Assembly: GCA_011523505.1 (NCBI GenBank) | Contig: WTGP01000012.1 | Location: 83,038-147,037 of the forward strand | Reading direction: 5' to 3' | Source: Gammaproteobacteria bacterium | GTDB taxonomy: Bacteria; Pseudomonadota; Gammaproteobacteria; Steroidobacterales; Foliamicaceae | DNA length: 64,000 nt | Part shown: piece by piece, positions 8,875 to 17,505 of the stretch | How positions within the stretch are numbered: the stretch's first letter is position 1 | How the letters are laid out: every line of letters begins with the position of its first letter | The notes under the pieces: model-generated | Seen by the model: only the letters and a program-made list of their open reading frames with translations | What the model was told of the DNA's origin: nothing | Database searches by the model: none | Position numbers and translations under genes: made by a program

Positions 8875-9968
8875 CAGCCAGTATTCGCCCCTCTGCCACT
8901 CGAATACGGCTCGCCCGCGAGCCACAGGTGCAGCAAGTTTACTTCACTTTCGGGTGCTTGTTCGATTAGATCCCAATCAACTCTGTAGGCGATTGACTCT
9001 ACATAACGAACCGGCAGGTCGCGCTCGATGGCTGCCATTACAGCACCGAGCGCCAGCGCCTTACTACCTGTTGGCGTCAGAAGCAATTGGGATCCGCCCG
9101 CTTCTTGGAAGACGACAGTGCGTTCATCGTCAATACGTAGCACGGTACGGTACAAATCAAGCGGATTGCCTTCAGCCGCGAAAATGACATTTCTTGGCGC
9201 CACCTGCCATGTATTGAGTATTTCGTCGGTGAAGTGCTCAAGTAGTCGATCGCCCGCTCGCGGATCTCGGGAGGGAAAGGGAAGTATTGGGCAAACGTCG
9301 TGTGGACGAATTTCGTCGTAGATTCGGTTTAATGCATCGCGCTGGTCAAAGGCTAATTGCGGCAACCAAAGCCTTGCTGATTCGGAGGTGCTTTCCAGTC
9401 CATATTTTCCCTTGAAGCCATAAATTTCTTTGGACTTGTCTAATGGCATGGCAGAAACGCTGCTATCAACAATGGAATTTTCTGCGAGAACAACATGCAT
9501 TTGGCGATGCTGCGGATTCTGATCCGCCCATTCCAGCACACAACGAATAATTGGAAAACTTATTCCAGACGATAATGCACTGACGTCAATAACGATGTCC
9601 GTCCAGCCGCTAGAGAGCTCTTGGTCGACTCTTGTAACAGCCGAACGCCCACCAACAACTGATAAGTCAGGGCTCAAGATATCAATAGGCACGACAACTA
9701 GGTCCTTTAGTTCGCTTGTCAAAGCCGCACGAATTGTATCGGCTCTCGATATCAAGTCCGGTGTCGTCTCGGGGCGTTCTTCTTTGAGCAGCAATGCTCT
9801 CAGGCGATTGCCAAGTAGTTTGTGGAGTTCTAGCGGAAAGAAAGGTGCCCGGGGATCAAACCCTGCCCCACCCAACAGTAGCACACGACGATCAGAATCT
9901 TCGAAATGCTCCCTCAGCAAGTCCTTGACGTTTTCACCTTGATGGCTAGGGCAGTTGATCCAGCGCAC
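8874..9968 (-). CDS. hypothetical protein, possibly a two-lobed Rossmann-like ligand-binding protein (gene 4 of the operon)
   Basis: 364-aa ORF with a GTG start at 9968 sharing 1 nt with the upstream TAG. The segments VLLLGGAGFDP, DIVIDVSALSSGISFP and LLLTPTGSKALALGAVMAAI are reminiscent of CARF/SLOG-like Rossmann strands. This is weak. Confidence 0.55.
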   Translation of the reverse strand: MRWINCPSHQGENVKDLLREHFEDSDRRVLLLGGAGFDPRAPFFPLELHKLLGNRLRALLLKEERPETTPDLISRADTIRAALTSELKDLVVVPIDILSPDLSVVGGRSAVTRVDQELSSGWTDIVIDVSALSSGISFPIIRCVLEWADQNPQHRQMHVVLAENSIVDSSVSAMPLDKSKEIYGFKGKYGLESTSESARLWLPQLAFDQRDALNRIYDEIRPHDVCPILPFPSRDPRAGDRLLEHFTDEILNTWQVAPRNVIFAAEGNPLDLYRTVLRIDDERTVVFQEAGGSQLLLTPTGSKALALGAVMAAIERDLPVRYVESIAYRVDWDLIEQAPESEVNLLHLWLAGEPYSSGRGANTG

Positions 9969-11884
9969 TATGCTCCTCGTCTGGCCAGCACGTCAGAAAG
10001 TTCGCCCACCGACCCTTCAATGAATCCACCTCGATAGAAAGGCAGTCCGTAGTGAAGAATGGACGCGCCCCCGAGCTCCACGAGGCACCACAATTTTCTC
10101 TTTGTCTTGTGGTTCGGCGCTAGTTGAATTGCATTGTACGCAATCCCAAACTGAAGCACTTGAGCCAGCCGCTCATGTTTCTGTGGCAACTCATCAAATT
10201 CTGACTGCAGAATTCCGTAGGCATTTGCACCGGCCCCCAGCGGGGCATTGTCCTTAAGTGTTTCATTTAGGCAATGCGATGAGATTAGTTTAATCAGAGT
10301 ACGCACATTTTCACATTCAGGAAAAGACCACGACTTGAGAATCTCCGTGCCACGTCCTCGGAGGAGTTGATGTTGTTCACGTGAACTCAACGAGACGGTT
10401 CGATTTCGCACAATTTTGATCTCGGCCTGCTCTACGAGTCGTTCTGCTATCTGCAAGAACAACTCCGCATTGTTTGAGCCGCTGTCGCACAGAGTGCTCA
10501 TGCCCCAGTAATAGGGGCGCCGGAACTTATGCATCAAATGTATTTGAGCGCCATGAGCTACGCCGCTATCGCACTTCAGCGGCTTGTTGGGCTCAATATC
10601 TTCACGATTGTTGGAAAACAGATCGCCTGGACGTACGCGGTTTGCGTAGCGGTGCAGCAATATCCGTTCCATTGCGATTTGGACATCCTCTCCGACATCC
10701 CTATCCGTTGTTCCCTTGACGTAGTTAGACACCAATTGCTTGATTTGCTCGCGCCGATGCTCGCTTATCCCGAATCGCATACAGTCCCGCCGAACAAGAT
10801 CCCGTAACGATGCTATTTGCCCGCTCGGAAGCTTCGGTGAGTCGTTAGCAAGAATTGATGCAAGCTCAGCAATTCCTCTCTGATCGAACGCGGGCATCAT
10901 GCTGATGTAGCGATTCGACATATCGCGCGCCATTTTTTGGAAGCGCTTACGGTCAACAGATCGTTTTTGATTACTCTGAAACCGGATCTCTGTGATATCC
11001 CGTTTTGTCTGAACCCGCATTAGATCTTCCAATGCGCGGCTTGGCACCCCATAAAGCACTTGCTCGGGCGACAATGCGTCAAGCCGCGTCATAATCCATC
11101 GACCGACGCGTAACTCGCGTCTAACCAACCACGACTTGAGGCAATCAAACTGTGCGACATGCAATTCATGAGCGTCGTCAAAAACGACCAACGGTCGCAG
11201 TTCGGAAACGAAATCGCCTAAGTCCACTTCGAATTTCTCGATAACGTCAAAGGGACGATACGGTGCTTTGACAACCGTCGGCAGTCGATCAATAGCTGGC
11301 GGAAGAAGCGCAGCGGAAATCTCATATATGGCGAGTTCCACTCGACGTGCTTTCTCATATAAGTTGTCGATACTGTCAACTCCGATGCTCAATGCTGCAG
11401 CTTCGGCGTCGCTTCGGGCGACAATAGTGACATCTTGAGAGGAATGACCCGCGGCCCTTAGGTTTTGGACCCAGGCTAGGCAGGCGCGTGCTTGTAGCAT
11501 TGATTCCAATAATCGAGTGCGTATTTCCTCTGGGTAGGGAAATTCCCAAAAGTCACGGTACTCACCGGTCAAGGGAATGCGACAGGTCAATGTTGCGGGC
11601 ACTCCGTCGCGTAACATCCCACAATCCGCAAGCGCCGCCGCGACATCTCTATACGAGGCCAGATCGATGTGGTTTAAGAGTGTTTTTACTGTGCGATATT
11701 GAAACAATCTAGCCAGTGTTGTCTTACCGCTTCCTGGTGTGCCGCTTATCATCACGAGGCGATCGTAAAGTCGATCACGGTTTTCCCGGAAGAAGACATT
11801 GATTGGAGAAGGTGTTATGGCAGCAAGAAAGCTCTCGTCGTCAACGAAAAACTCTGTGGCGCGTTTCTTGAACGGGTTGCTCAA
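9968..11884 (-). CDS. P-loop NTPase (AAA/ORC-like or STAND-like) (gene 3 of the operon)
   Basis: 638-aa ORF with Walker A (ISGTPGSGKTT) and Walker B (LVVFDDAHEL), plus a long helical C-terminal region. Confidence 0.75.
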   Translation of the reverse strand: MSNPFKKRATEFFVDDESFLAAITPSPINVFFRENRDRLYDRLVMISGTPGSGKTTLARLFQYRTVKTLLNHIDLASYRDVAAALADCGMLRDGVPATLTCRIPLTGEYRDFWEFPYPEEIRTRLLESMLQARACLAWVQNLRAAGHSSQDVTIVARSDAEAAALSIGVDSIDNLYEKARRVELAIYEISAALLPPAIDRLPTVVKAPYRPFDVIEKFEVDLGDFVSELRPLVVFDDAHELHVAQFDCLKSWLVRRELRVGRWIMTRLDALSPEQVLYGVPSRALEDLMRVQTKRDITEIRFQSNQKRSVDRKRFQKMARDMSNRYISMMPAFDQRGIAELASILANDSPKLPSGQIASLRDLVRRDCMRFGISEHRREQIKQLVSNYVKGTTDRDVGEDVQIAMERILLHRYANRVRPGDLFSNNREDIEPNKPLKCDSGVAHGAQIHLMHKFRRPYYWGMSTLCDSGSNNAELFLQIAERLVEQAEIKIVRNRTVSLSSREQHQLLRGRGTEILKSWSFPECENVRTLIKLISSHCLNETLKDNAPLGAGANAYGILQSEFDELPQKHERLAQVLQFGIAYNAIQLAPNHKTKRKLWCLVELGGASILHYGLPFYRGGFIEGSVGELSDVLARRGA

Positions 11885-11896
11885 TTGCCTTGCCGA

Positions 11897-13018
11897 CTAA
11901 TTGTGTCTCTGGTGTCGGCGAAAGAGGGGCCGCATTGCGATTTCTGCCTCGCCGCTAGATTCCGCCCAAAGCAGTGCAAGGGAATTGTTTGGTGTGTTGT
12001 GTTCCAAAACGAGTGGTAATGAGCAGGCTGCATACCCACGTTTCAAATTATCGATTCCGCATTCATTGAGGTGCTTCTCAGACTCTATGTTCGGGTCATA
12101 ATATTTTTCAGCTAGAGCTAGAAACTGAGGGTCTGTTTCACTGGTTATTTTGATTGAACTATCGAACACAGCGCTAAAGGAAAACTCTACGTCCCCAAAC
12201 CAGCAATTGCCTCGTTCACTCGCAGCGTGTTCCTCACGTTCAATCGCGGTGTGTTTGGCATGTTCCGTAGCGAGATAGTGATGAACGTAAAGTGTCCAAT
12301 TCTCCTCCATTGGATAGATATCCAGTTCTTGTCTTGCACGTTCCAGAGAATTCCAAAGCCGTATGAGTTTCCCCTTCCATTCTTCCGCGCGGGGCGGTTT
12401 CCGCAATAGGGAAGTACCGCTCGCAGTAAAGTCGTCGATCACAAAAAGGCAACGGAATCGAGCATCGCAATTTTCTGTGTCTTTGCGTAGATCATCCAGA
12501 AGATCTTGCCACTTATCAGGATCAATCTGAGTAAACCCAACAACTTGCTCGTTGGTCAGAGCGCCTTTAGCCGCATATCGCAGCAGGTCGGTTCTTGCGC
12601 CGTCGCTAAGACCCATGAATAGCACTTGCCGCAAACAGTGGGCGAACCTTTCGGTGCCCCCCGGGTGCGACCATAAGCGAAAACGCTCAATACCTAAATC
12701 ATTTGCTGCCATCTTGGCAACTGTCGGTCTTATTCGTTCGAAGTAGCAAAGATCTACAAGCTTTGATAGTTCCGCGGGTCCCACATATACCAGCCGCTTT
12801 TTTAAGAACTCGTAGGCTATTTGGCGTTCATCCGATGTTTCGAATTGGGTAAGCCAAGTGATAAGAGATTCCAGGAATTGAACCCCGGCGACAAAGTCGC
12901 GATAGCCGTCGTACTTGAATCTCGACATGAGTCGCAACCATTGGTACTCGGTTCGTGCATGATCATCAGACCAGTCCATAACGCTTCCCAGAGTTCGCAA
13001 ACAAAGTGCTTCGTTCAC
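11897..13018 (-). CDS. phosphoribosyltransferase (PRTase)-like protein with N-terminal unknown domain (gene 2 of the operon)
   Basis: 373-aa ORF with a PRPP-loop-like motif (CLFVIDDFTASGTSLL). GTG start at 13018 forms GTGA with the upstream stop. Confidence 0.6.
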   Translation of the reverse strand: MNEALCLRTLGSVMDWSDDHARTEYQWLRLMSRFKYDGYRDFVAGVQFLESLITWLTQFETSDERQIAYEFLKKRLVYVGPAELSKLVDLCYFERIRPTVAKMAANDLGIERFRLWSHPGGTERFAHCLRQVLFMGLSDGARTDLLRYAAKGALTNEQVVGFTQIDPDKWQDLLDDLRKDTENCDARFRCLFVIDDFTASGTSLLRKPPRAEEWKGKLIRLWNSLERARQELDIYPMEENWTLYVHHYLATEHAKHTAIEREEHAASERGNCWFGDVEFSFSAVFDSSIKITSETDPQFLALAEKYYDPNIESEKHLNECGIDNLKRGYAACSLPLVLEHNTPNNSLALLWAESSGEAEIAMRPLFRRHQRHN

Positions 13019-14922
13019 AATCGAATCCTTGCCACACCGTCTGTCGCTTGCATGCGATTCAAGTAGTACAGCGTGCCACTAACGTCTCTGCATCTGGCTG
13101 GAAGAAGATTCCAACAGGTTTCCGGGTCGGCCGACACTTCGCGCACGCTCAATCCCAGTGGTGATCGCAATAGCTCACAGTCATTCCCTGGCCACTGACC
13201 GCTGTCACCGATTCGAAGCACGCAGGATTCACTAATCGCAAATTCCTCGGATATAGCGGACACTAATGCCACCTTCGATACGCTCTTGGGTATGACATCC
13301 AAGGAGTGACCTGAAGCCATGACCTTTAATTTGCCGTCCGCTACTTCAGTGGCCAGCGCTTGGACTGCGGTCCATAGTCGTGTCATTTGCACAATTTGAG
13401 AAGGTCGAATCGAGATTTGCAGTGGATAGTTCCGAACGGCTGTCCCTTCTGTATTAATGGGGCTGCGTAATAGTCGTTTCCAGAATTGCTCCAGAATTGG
13501 ATCTAAGAAATCACCGTCAACTTCACGGTCGACATTGAGTCGAGCAATTTGTGATGCATTGTGGTACCCAAGCATTACTCGTGCTTGGAGCTCACGCGGA
13601 ATGATGGGTTGCAGTTCTTGGCGCGCCGAGTCACCTCTCCCGGTTGCGATGCCAATCGGGATACCACCTTTTAGTAACTCCACCAATCGCTCAGTAATCG
13701 CTTCGATAGGCGAGTTAAATCGTGCTTTGGTCGCAACAAGTGTGCCATCGTAGTCAAATACAATGGCGCGAATTGTGCTGCTGTTTAGTCGATTTCGAAA
13801 AGTTGAGTATTTCTTCAACCAAGTTGAAGAGGAGACATGGCGATCTCCTGTCACGCCAAGCGCATTTGCTTTACGGCCAATAATGGTTTGCTGGACCGAA
13901 CGACGCGCCATAGTACCTGCGAGGCGAGCGCGCAAGTGGTATAGCCTGCGACCAAATTCTGGGATACGCGGACGGCCTGGATCAATCCCGTGAAGGTCGC
14001 CCAGCCAACCGGCAATACGAATTGAAAAGTAAATCGACAGTACTTGGGCAATCGCAAAATTAGCGCCGAGCGGCAAAGTGACTCGCGGTACGTGTGTAGG
14101 TATGAGTTCCAGCGTTTGTCTCGCTAATTCTTGCTCTCCGGGGCCCACGAATGCCACAGCAAGACTCTCCGCGCCAAAACGATTGATCCAGTTATGCCGA
14201 CCGTGCGCGAAATTTCGAAAGTCTGACACGCTTGATGCAATCAGGGCGCTCTCGGTGAATTTTGATTCCAGGTCCAACGCTCCCGCTCTTCCGCTAGGAC
14301 CGTGCAAGATGATCGCATTGGAACGACCGTTCGCGGCCGACAATAATTTCTCCTGCAAACCTTCTTCCGTGAAATCGGTCTCGAAGGCGGATTGGATTAG
14401 TGTGGCCAAGCTTGGCGGCAGCGACTCGAATGACGCAGCGAGAATTACCGTCGAAACAAATAGCGAATTTGTTGCCAGGAAGCCGTCCTTCCCGATATTC
14501 GCGTCGAACGAAAAAATACGCTCAACCAATGCCTTGCGTGCATCCTTCTCGAGCGGACTGTCAATCCTTGAGCAGAAAACTGTCAGTTCATTAGCTTCAT
14601 AAATCGACGCGCACCTTAATGCTCGTCTTATGTCCAGGTTCCTGCCGGTCCCTGAAAATAGCCACAAACTGCAGGCCTGATCCTTGGGCACGGACGCTTC
14701 CAATTCGAGCGGGGTAACTGCGTACCCCGGAGATTTGTGGTAATTGCGATGGAGAGCAACCGCTGACGAAGCCGCAGAATAAGAGCCGCCTGAACCGCTT
14801 GCAATAAGTGTCTTGCCAGACTGATCCTGCCACAATTGCTGTAGCTGATCGCAACTCCATGTAGTTGCCCATTCATAGGCGTCTGGTAGTGAACGAAGTT
14901 CGTTCTTGTATGGTCGGCCCAC
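13015..14922 (-). CDS. SIS-SIS (phosphosugar isomerase/binding) domains fused to a HAD-IIB-type phosphatase (gene 1 of the operon)
   Basis: 635-aa ORF. SIS signatures are LIASGSGGSYSAA and LFSGTGRNLD. HAD motif I is IVFDYDGTLV, motif II is IGIATGRG, and motif IV is GDSGQWPGND. GTG start at 14922. Confidence 0.75.
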   Translation of the reverse strand: MGRPYKNELRSLPDAYEWATTWSCDQLQQLWQDQSGKTLIASGSGGSYSAASSAVALHRNYHKSPGYAVTPLELEASVPKDQACSLWLFSGTGRNLDIRRALRCASIYEANELTVFCSRIDSPLEKDARKALVERIFSFDANIGKDGFLATNSLFVSTVILAASFESLPPSLATLIQSAFETDFTEEGLQEKLLSAANGRSNAIILHGPSGRAGALDLESKFTESALIASSVSDFRNFAHGRHNWINRFGAESLAVAFVGPGEQELARQTLELIPTHVPRVTLPLGANFAIAQVLSIYFSIRIAGWLGDLHGIDPGRPRIPEFGRRLYHLRARLAGTMARRSVQQTIIGRKANALGVTGDRHVSSSTWLKKYSTFRNRLNSSTIRAIVFDYDGTLVATKARFNSPIEAITERLVELLKGGIPIGIATGRGDSARQELQPIIPRELQARVMLGYHNASQIARLNVDREVDGDFLDPILEQFWKRLLRSPINTEGTAVRNYPLQISIRPSQIVQMTRLWTAVQALATEVADGKLKVMASGHSLDVIPKSVSKVALVSAISEEFAISESCVLRIGDSGQWPGNDCELLRSPLGLSVREVSADPETCWNLLPARCRDVSGTLYYLNRMQATDGVARIRL

Positions 14923-15122
14923 TTCGATTAACAGGAAACGAAATATATTTCTCTAATGGATGTACATCTTAAGGTGAACTTGAGGCATTGGGAAATGAAA
15001 TGTTCCCAGAAAGAGTAACGCCCTTTCCGAAGCGCAATTGTTTTAACTTCGTCGCAGGAGAATCTTGCTGATAGTGGTCGCGGCGCCGGGGAGCGCGGAC
15101 ACTTAGATCTCGCCTTTATTTC

Positions 15123-15389
15123 TTAGCGGATCAATGCTCCGACGAGCTGTAAACCGAATCCGAAAACGAGTAGTGTCAGGGCCAGACGCGCCATACGTTC
15201 GAATCGTCGGCGGCCCGCCTCAATGGCGGCGTCTTCTTCCTTGGATGTTTCCAGCAATAAGTGGCCAACCTGCGGCGATCGGCTGGGCAAGCCAAACCGG
15301 AACAGCAGGAACACCCCGGCTATATCGCATAACAGCCCGATGCTCACCAGGCATTGGCTAAGCGAAAGGGCCATGCACATAGTGTTCAA
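15123..15389 (-). CDS. small 2-TM membrane protein
   Basis: 88-aa ORF with two hydrophobic helices (LVSIGLLCDIAGVFLLF, LALTLLVFGFGLQLVGALI). It has a 4-nt overlap with the upstream gene. Confidence 0.45.
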   Translation of the reverse strand: MNTMCMALSLSQCLVSIGLLCDIAGVFLLFRFGLPSRSPQVGHLLLETSKEEDAAIEAGRRRFERMARLALTLLVFGFGLQLVGALIR

Positions 15390-15694
15390 TCTTCGGTCGG
15401 AGCGTTGTTTGCCAAGGATAGAATCTTCGTTACAACGTGGACAAGCGGGATTCCGCGCGCGAGAAGTTGCCTGAACTTCACTTTCAAGGCCTCGCGTTTC
15501 TGGATGGCATTTAGGAAGTCATATCCTTGGTTTGTAATGCGAACCACGTCCTTTTCGGGATTTGTCCACTGGGCACACCCGATATCGACCAAGAGTTCGG
15601 TATGGTGGAGCCGATTCTGTTCTTCTTCGCTCATTCCCATCGTAGGGGCAGCAATGAGCCGACCCCAAGCGTCGTTCGACATTTCCTGTAGCAA
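15386..15694 (-). CDS. DUF2513-like winged-helix protein
   Basis: 102-aa ORF. The HHTELLVDIGCAQW...VRITNQGYDFLNAI pattern resembles DUF2513 as I remember it. Confidence 0.45.
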   Translation of the reverse strand: MLQEMSNDAWGRLIAAPTMGMSEEEQNRLHHTELLVDIGCAQWTNPEKDVVRITNQGYDFLNAIQKREALKVKFRQLLARGIPLVHVVTKILSLANNAPTED

Positions 15695-15877
15695 GTCGAT
15701 TAAGAGTTGTGGATTTCTGATGCAAGTACTCCCTAATGTGTTAGTGCGGGGGAATTATCCAGGAACAAAGCCATGTGTAAGCGCGCGAACTAGCGGAAAC
15801 AGGTGAAGGTATTGGTCTCGATCTTTCTAAGGATCGATTCGACTGCTGCTGCGACCCGCCGACGCTATGCTATACAT

Positions 15878-16432
15878 CTACTTATCATCCGCTGTTGGCA
15901 ACCATTGAAGCTCGGCCTCGATCCGTCGACGATAGGCCGTATCAATCTGCCGGGGTGCCCGACGAATATATTGTTCTGCGTTGTCTCGTGCGGTCCCCGA
16001 TAGAGATCGAAGGTGCCTTAGTACGTCTCCTACGTCAGGTTGCCCTTTCGTACCGCCCTTGAGTCCTGGCGGCAACCCTGTCCAGATAACCGAGTCGATA
16101 TTTCTTGCACGCGCCCACTTGCTCAGTAGAGGTATCTCGGGTGGAGACTCCTTTCCCCTCGACCAACGGCCTATGTGTTTCTTCTTTGTGCCTTCCCGCC
16201 GTTTCAGTTGCTTTATCGCGACTTCGAGACAATCGCTGTCCATGAGGGTCCATAACGATCGCACGGGGCGGGCGTCAGGCGAGATTACCAATGTGATGCG
16301 ATCATCCTTGGATTGTCGCGCGAATTCGACTGGAATCATCGGACCGTCATCGGACCAGGACCGCTTTATTGGTAAGTCTCGAGGATCCCAGATTAGGGAA
16401 CCCCAGCCCAGACACGCGATGTTGTGGTTCAT
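15878..16432 (-). CDS. gamma-glutamylcyclotransferase (ChaC/AIG2)-like protein
   Basis: N-terminal IACLGWGSLIWDP resembles the ChaC/GGCT YGSLxW motif. ATG at 16432 overlaps the upstream TGA by 1 nt; the alternative GTG is at 16438. Confidence 0.5.
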   Translation of the reverse strand: MNHNIACLGWGSLIWDPRDLPIKRSWSDDGPMIPVEFARQSKDDRITLVISPDARPVRSLWTLMDSDCLEVAIKQLKRREGTKKKHIGRWSRGKESPPEIPLLSKWARARNIDSVIWTGLPPGLKGGTKGQPDVGDVLRHLRSLSGTARDNAEQYIRRAPRQIDTAYRRRIEAELQWLPTADDK

Positions 16433-17445
16433 CACCACGATGCCCTCTTCGCAGACCGGGCGTACTCGACATGTCTGGCGTGAGTTTCCGCGGTCACGGG
16501 TAGGGCGGCTGTTGTTATCTTTGCCCGGATCGCCTCCATCCTCTCTCGCATCAGGCTTCGACTCGACGATGCGCGAACGGAGAAGGCGATGTACTGGTGC
16601 AACTCCGCAAGGCTCATGCAGACGACGCCTCGCATTCGCCAGCCACGGAACCGCTTTGCCATATCCTCGTGCTCTTCAAACCGCACGAACTTCTCCTCCG
16701 TTTTCAGCTCGGCGTCGCCCACGAACACTGCAACGGGCCGGATTTCCCAAGGATCAACGACGCCGAGTTTGACCAGGGCCTTCGCGTGTCCTTCGTTCTG
16801 CAGCAGTGGATTGTAGAAAGCGAATCGCTTCGACTTGATTCCCATCATGCGGGACCACCGGCCCGCCTTGAACGATTGCGTCCACCGTTGCTGCCCGGGG
16901 CTTGCGAATATCCACCCGCCCATGTCCTTGGTCTCGATCACGAATACGCCGGCGGGCGAAATGAGGATGTGATCGATCTGTGCCGTCCCTCCCCCAGAGC
17001 GAAGCAGCACATTATTGAGCAGCGGCCAGTCCCGATAACGCCTCGTCAATACCGATTGGACCCGTCGCTCGCCGGCGTTTGCCTTCGGCGCGGGTTTCTG
17101 CAATACCGAAGTGGGTTTCGGACCGTGCCGATGCAGCGCCTCTGTCGGTGACGCGGCCCGGGTATCAGGCGTCGAAATTGGGGTTCTGCGTTTGCGGCGA
17201 AACAGAAGCAACAGTGCCACCACGACGAGTGCTCCTCCCAGCCACCCGCTCCAAGCGACAACTGCTTCGTCCCATCCAGGCGTAACCACTGCGTCATGGA
17301 CGACGATTCTCTGACCCACCTGCACATAGTCCGCTTCTTCGATCCGATTCCACTCCTGCAATTGCTCGACGGTGACGCCGTACCGCGCGGCAATTTCCGA
17401 GAGCGTCTCTCCCGGTTCCACGTGCACTTCTGTCGTTTCGCTCAT
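16432..17445 (-). CDS. LysM - TM - NERD domain protein
   Basis: LysM region (VEPGETLSEIAARYGVTVEQLQEWNRI...VGQRIVV), a TM helix (WLGGALVVVALLLLF followed by RRKRR), and a NERD core (AQIDHILISPAGVFVIETKDMGGWIF). Confidence 0.75.
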   Translation of the reverse strand: MSETTEVHVEPGETLSEIAARYGVTVEQLQEWNRIEEADYVQVGQRIVVHDAVVTPGWDEAVVAWSGWLGGALVVVALLLLFRRKRRTPISTPDTRAASPTEALHRHGPKPTSVLQKPAPKANAGERRVQSVLTRRYRDWPLLNNVLLRSGGGTAQIDHILISPAGVFVIETKDMGGWIFASPGQQRWTQSFKAGRWSRMMGIKSKRFAFYNPLLQNEGHAKALVKLGVVDPWEIRPVAVFVGDAELKTEEKFVRFEEHEDMAKRFRGWRMRGVVCMSLAELHQYIAFSVRASSSRSLMRERMEAIRAKITTAALPVTAETHARHVEYARSAKRASW

Positions 17446-17505
17446 TGCCCGTAAGCGATCGCTTCCCTCGGTAACGGCGACACGGATGCGCGATGCGTAT
17501 GAGAT

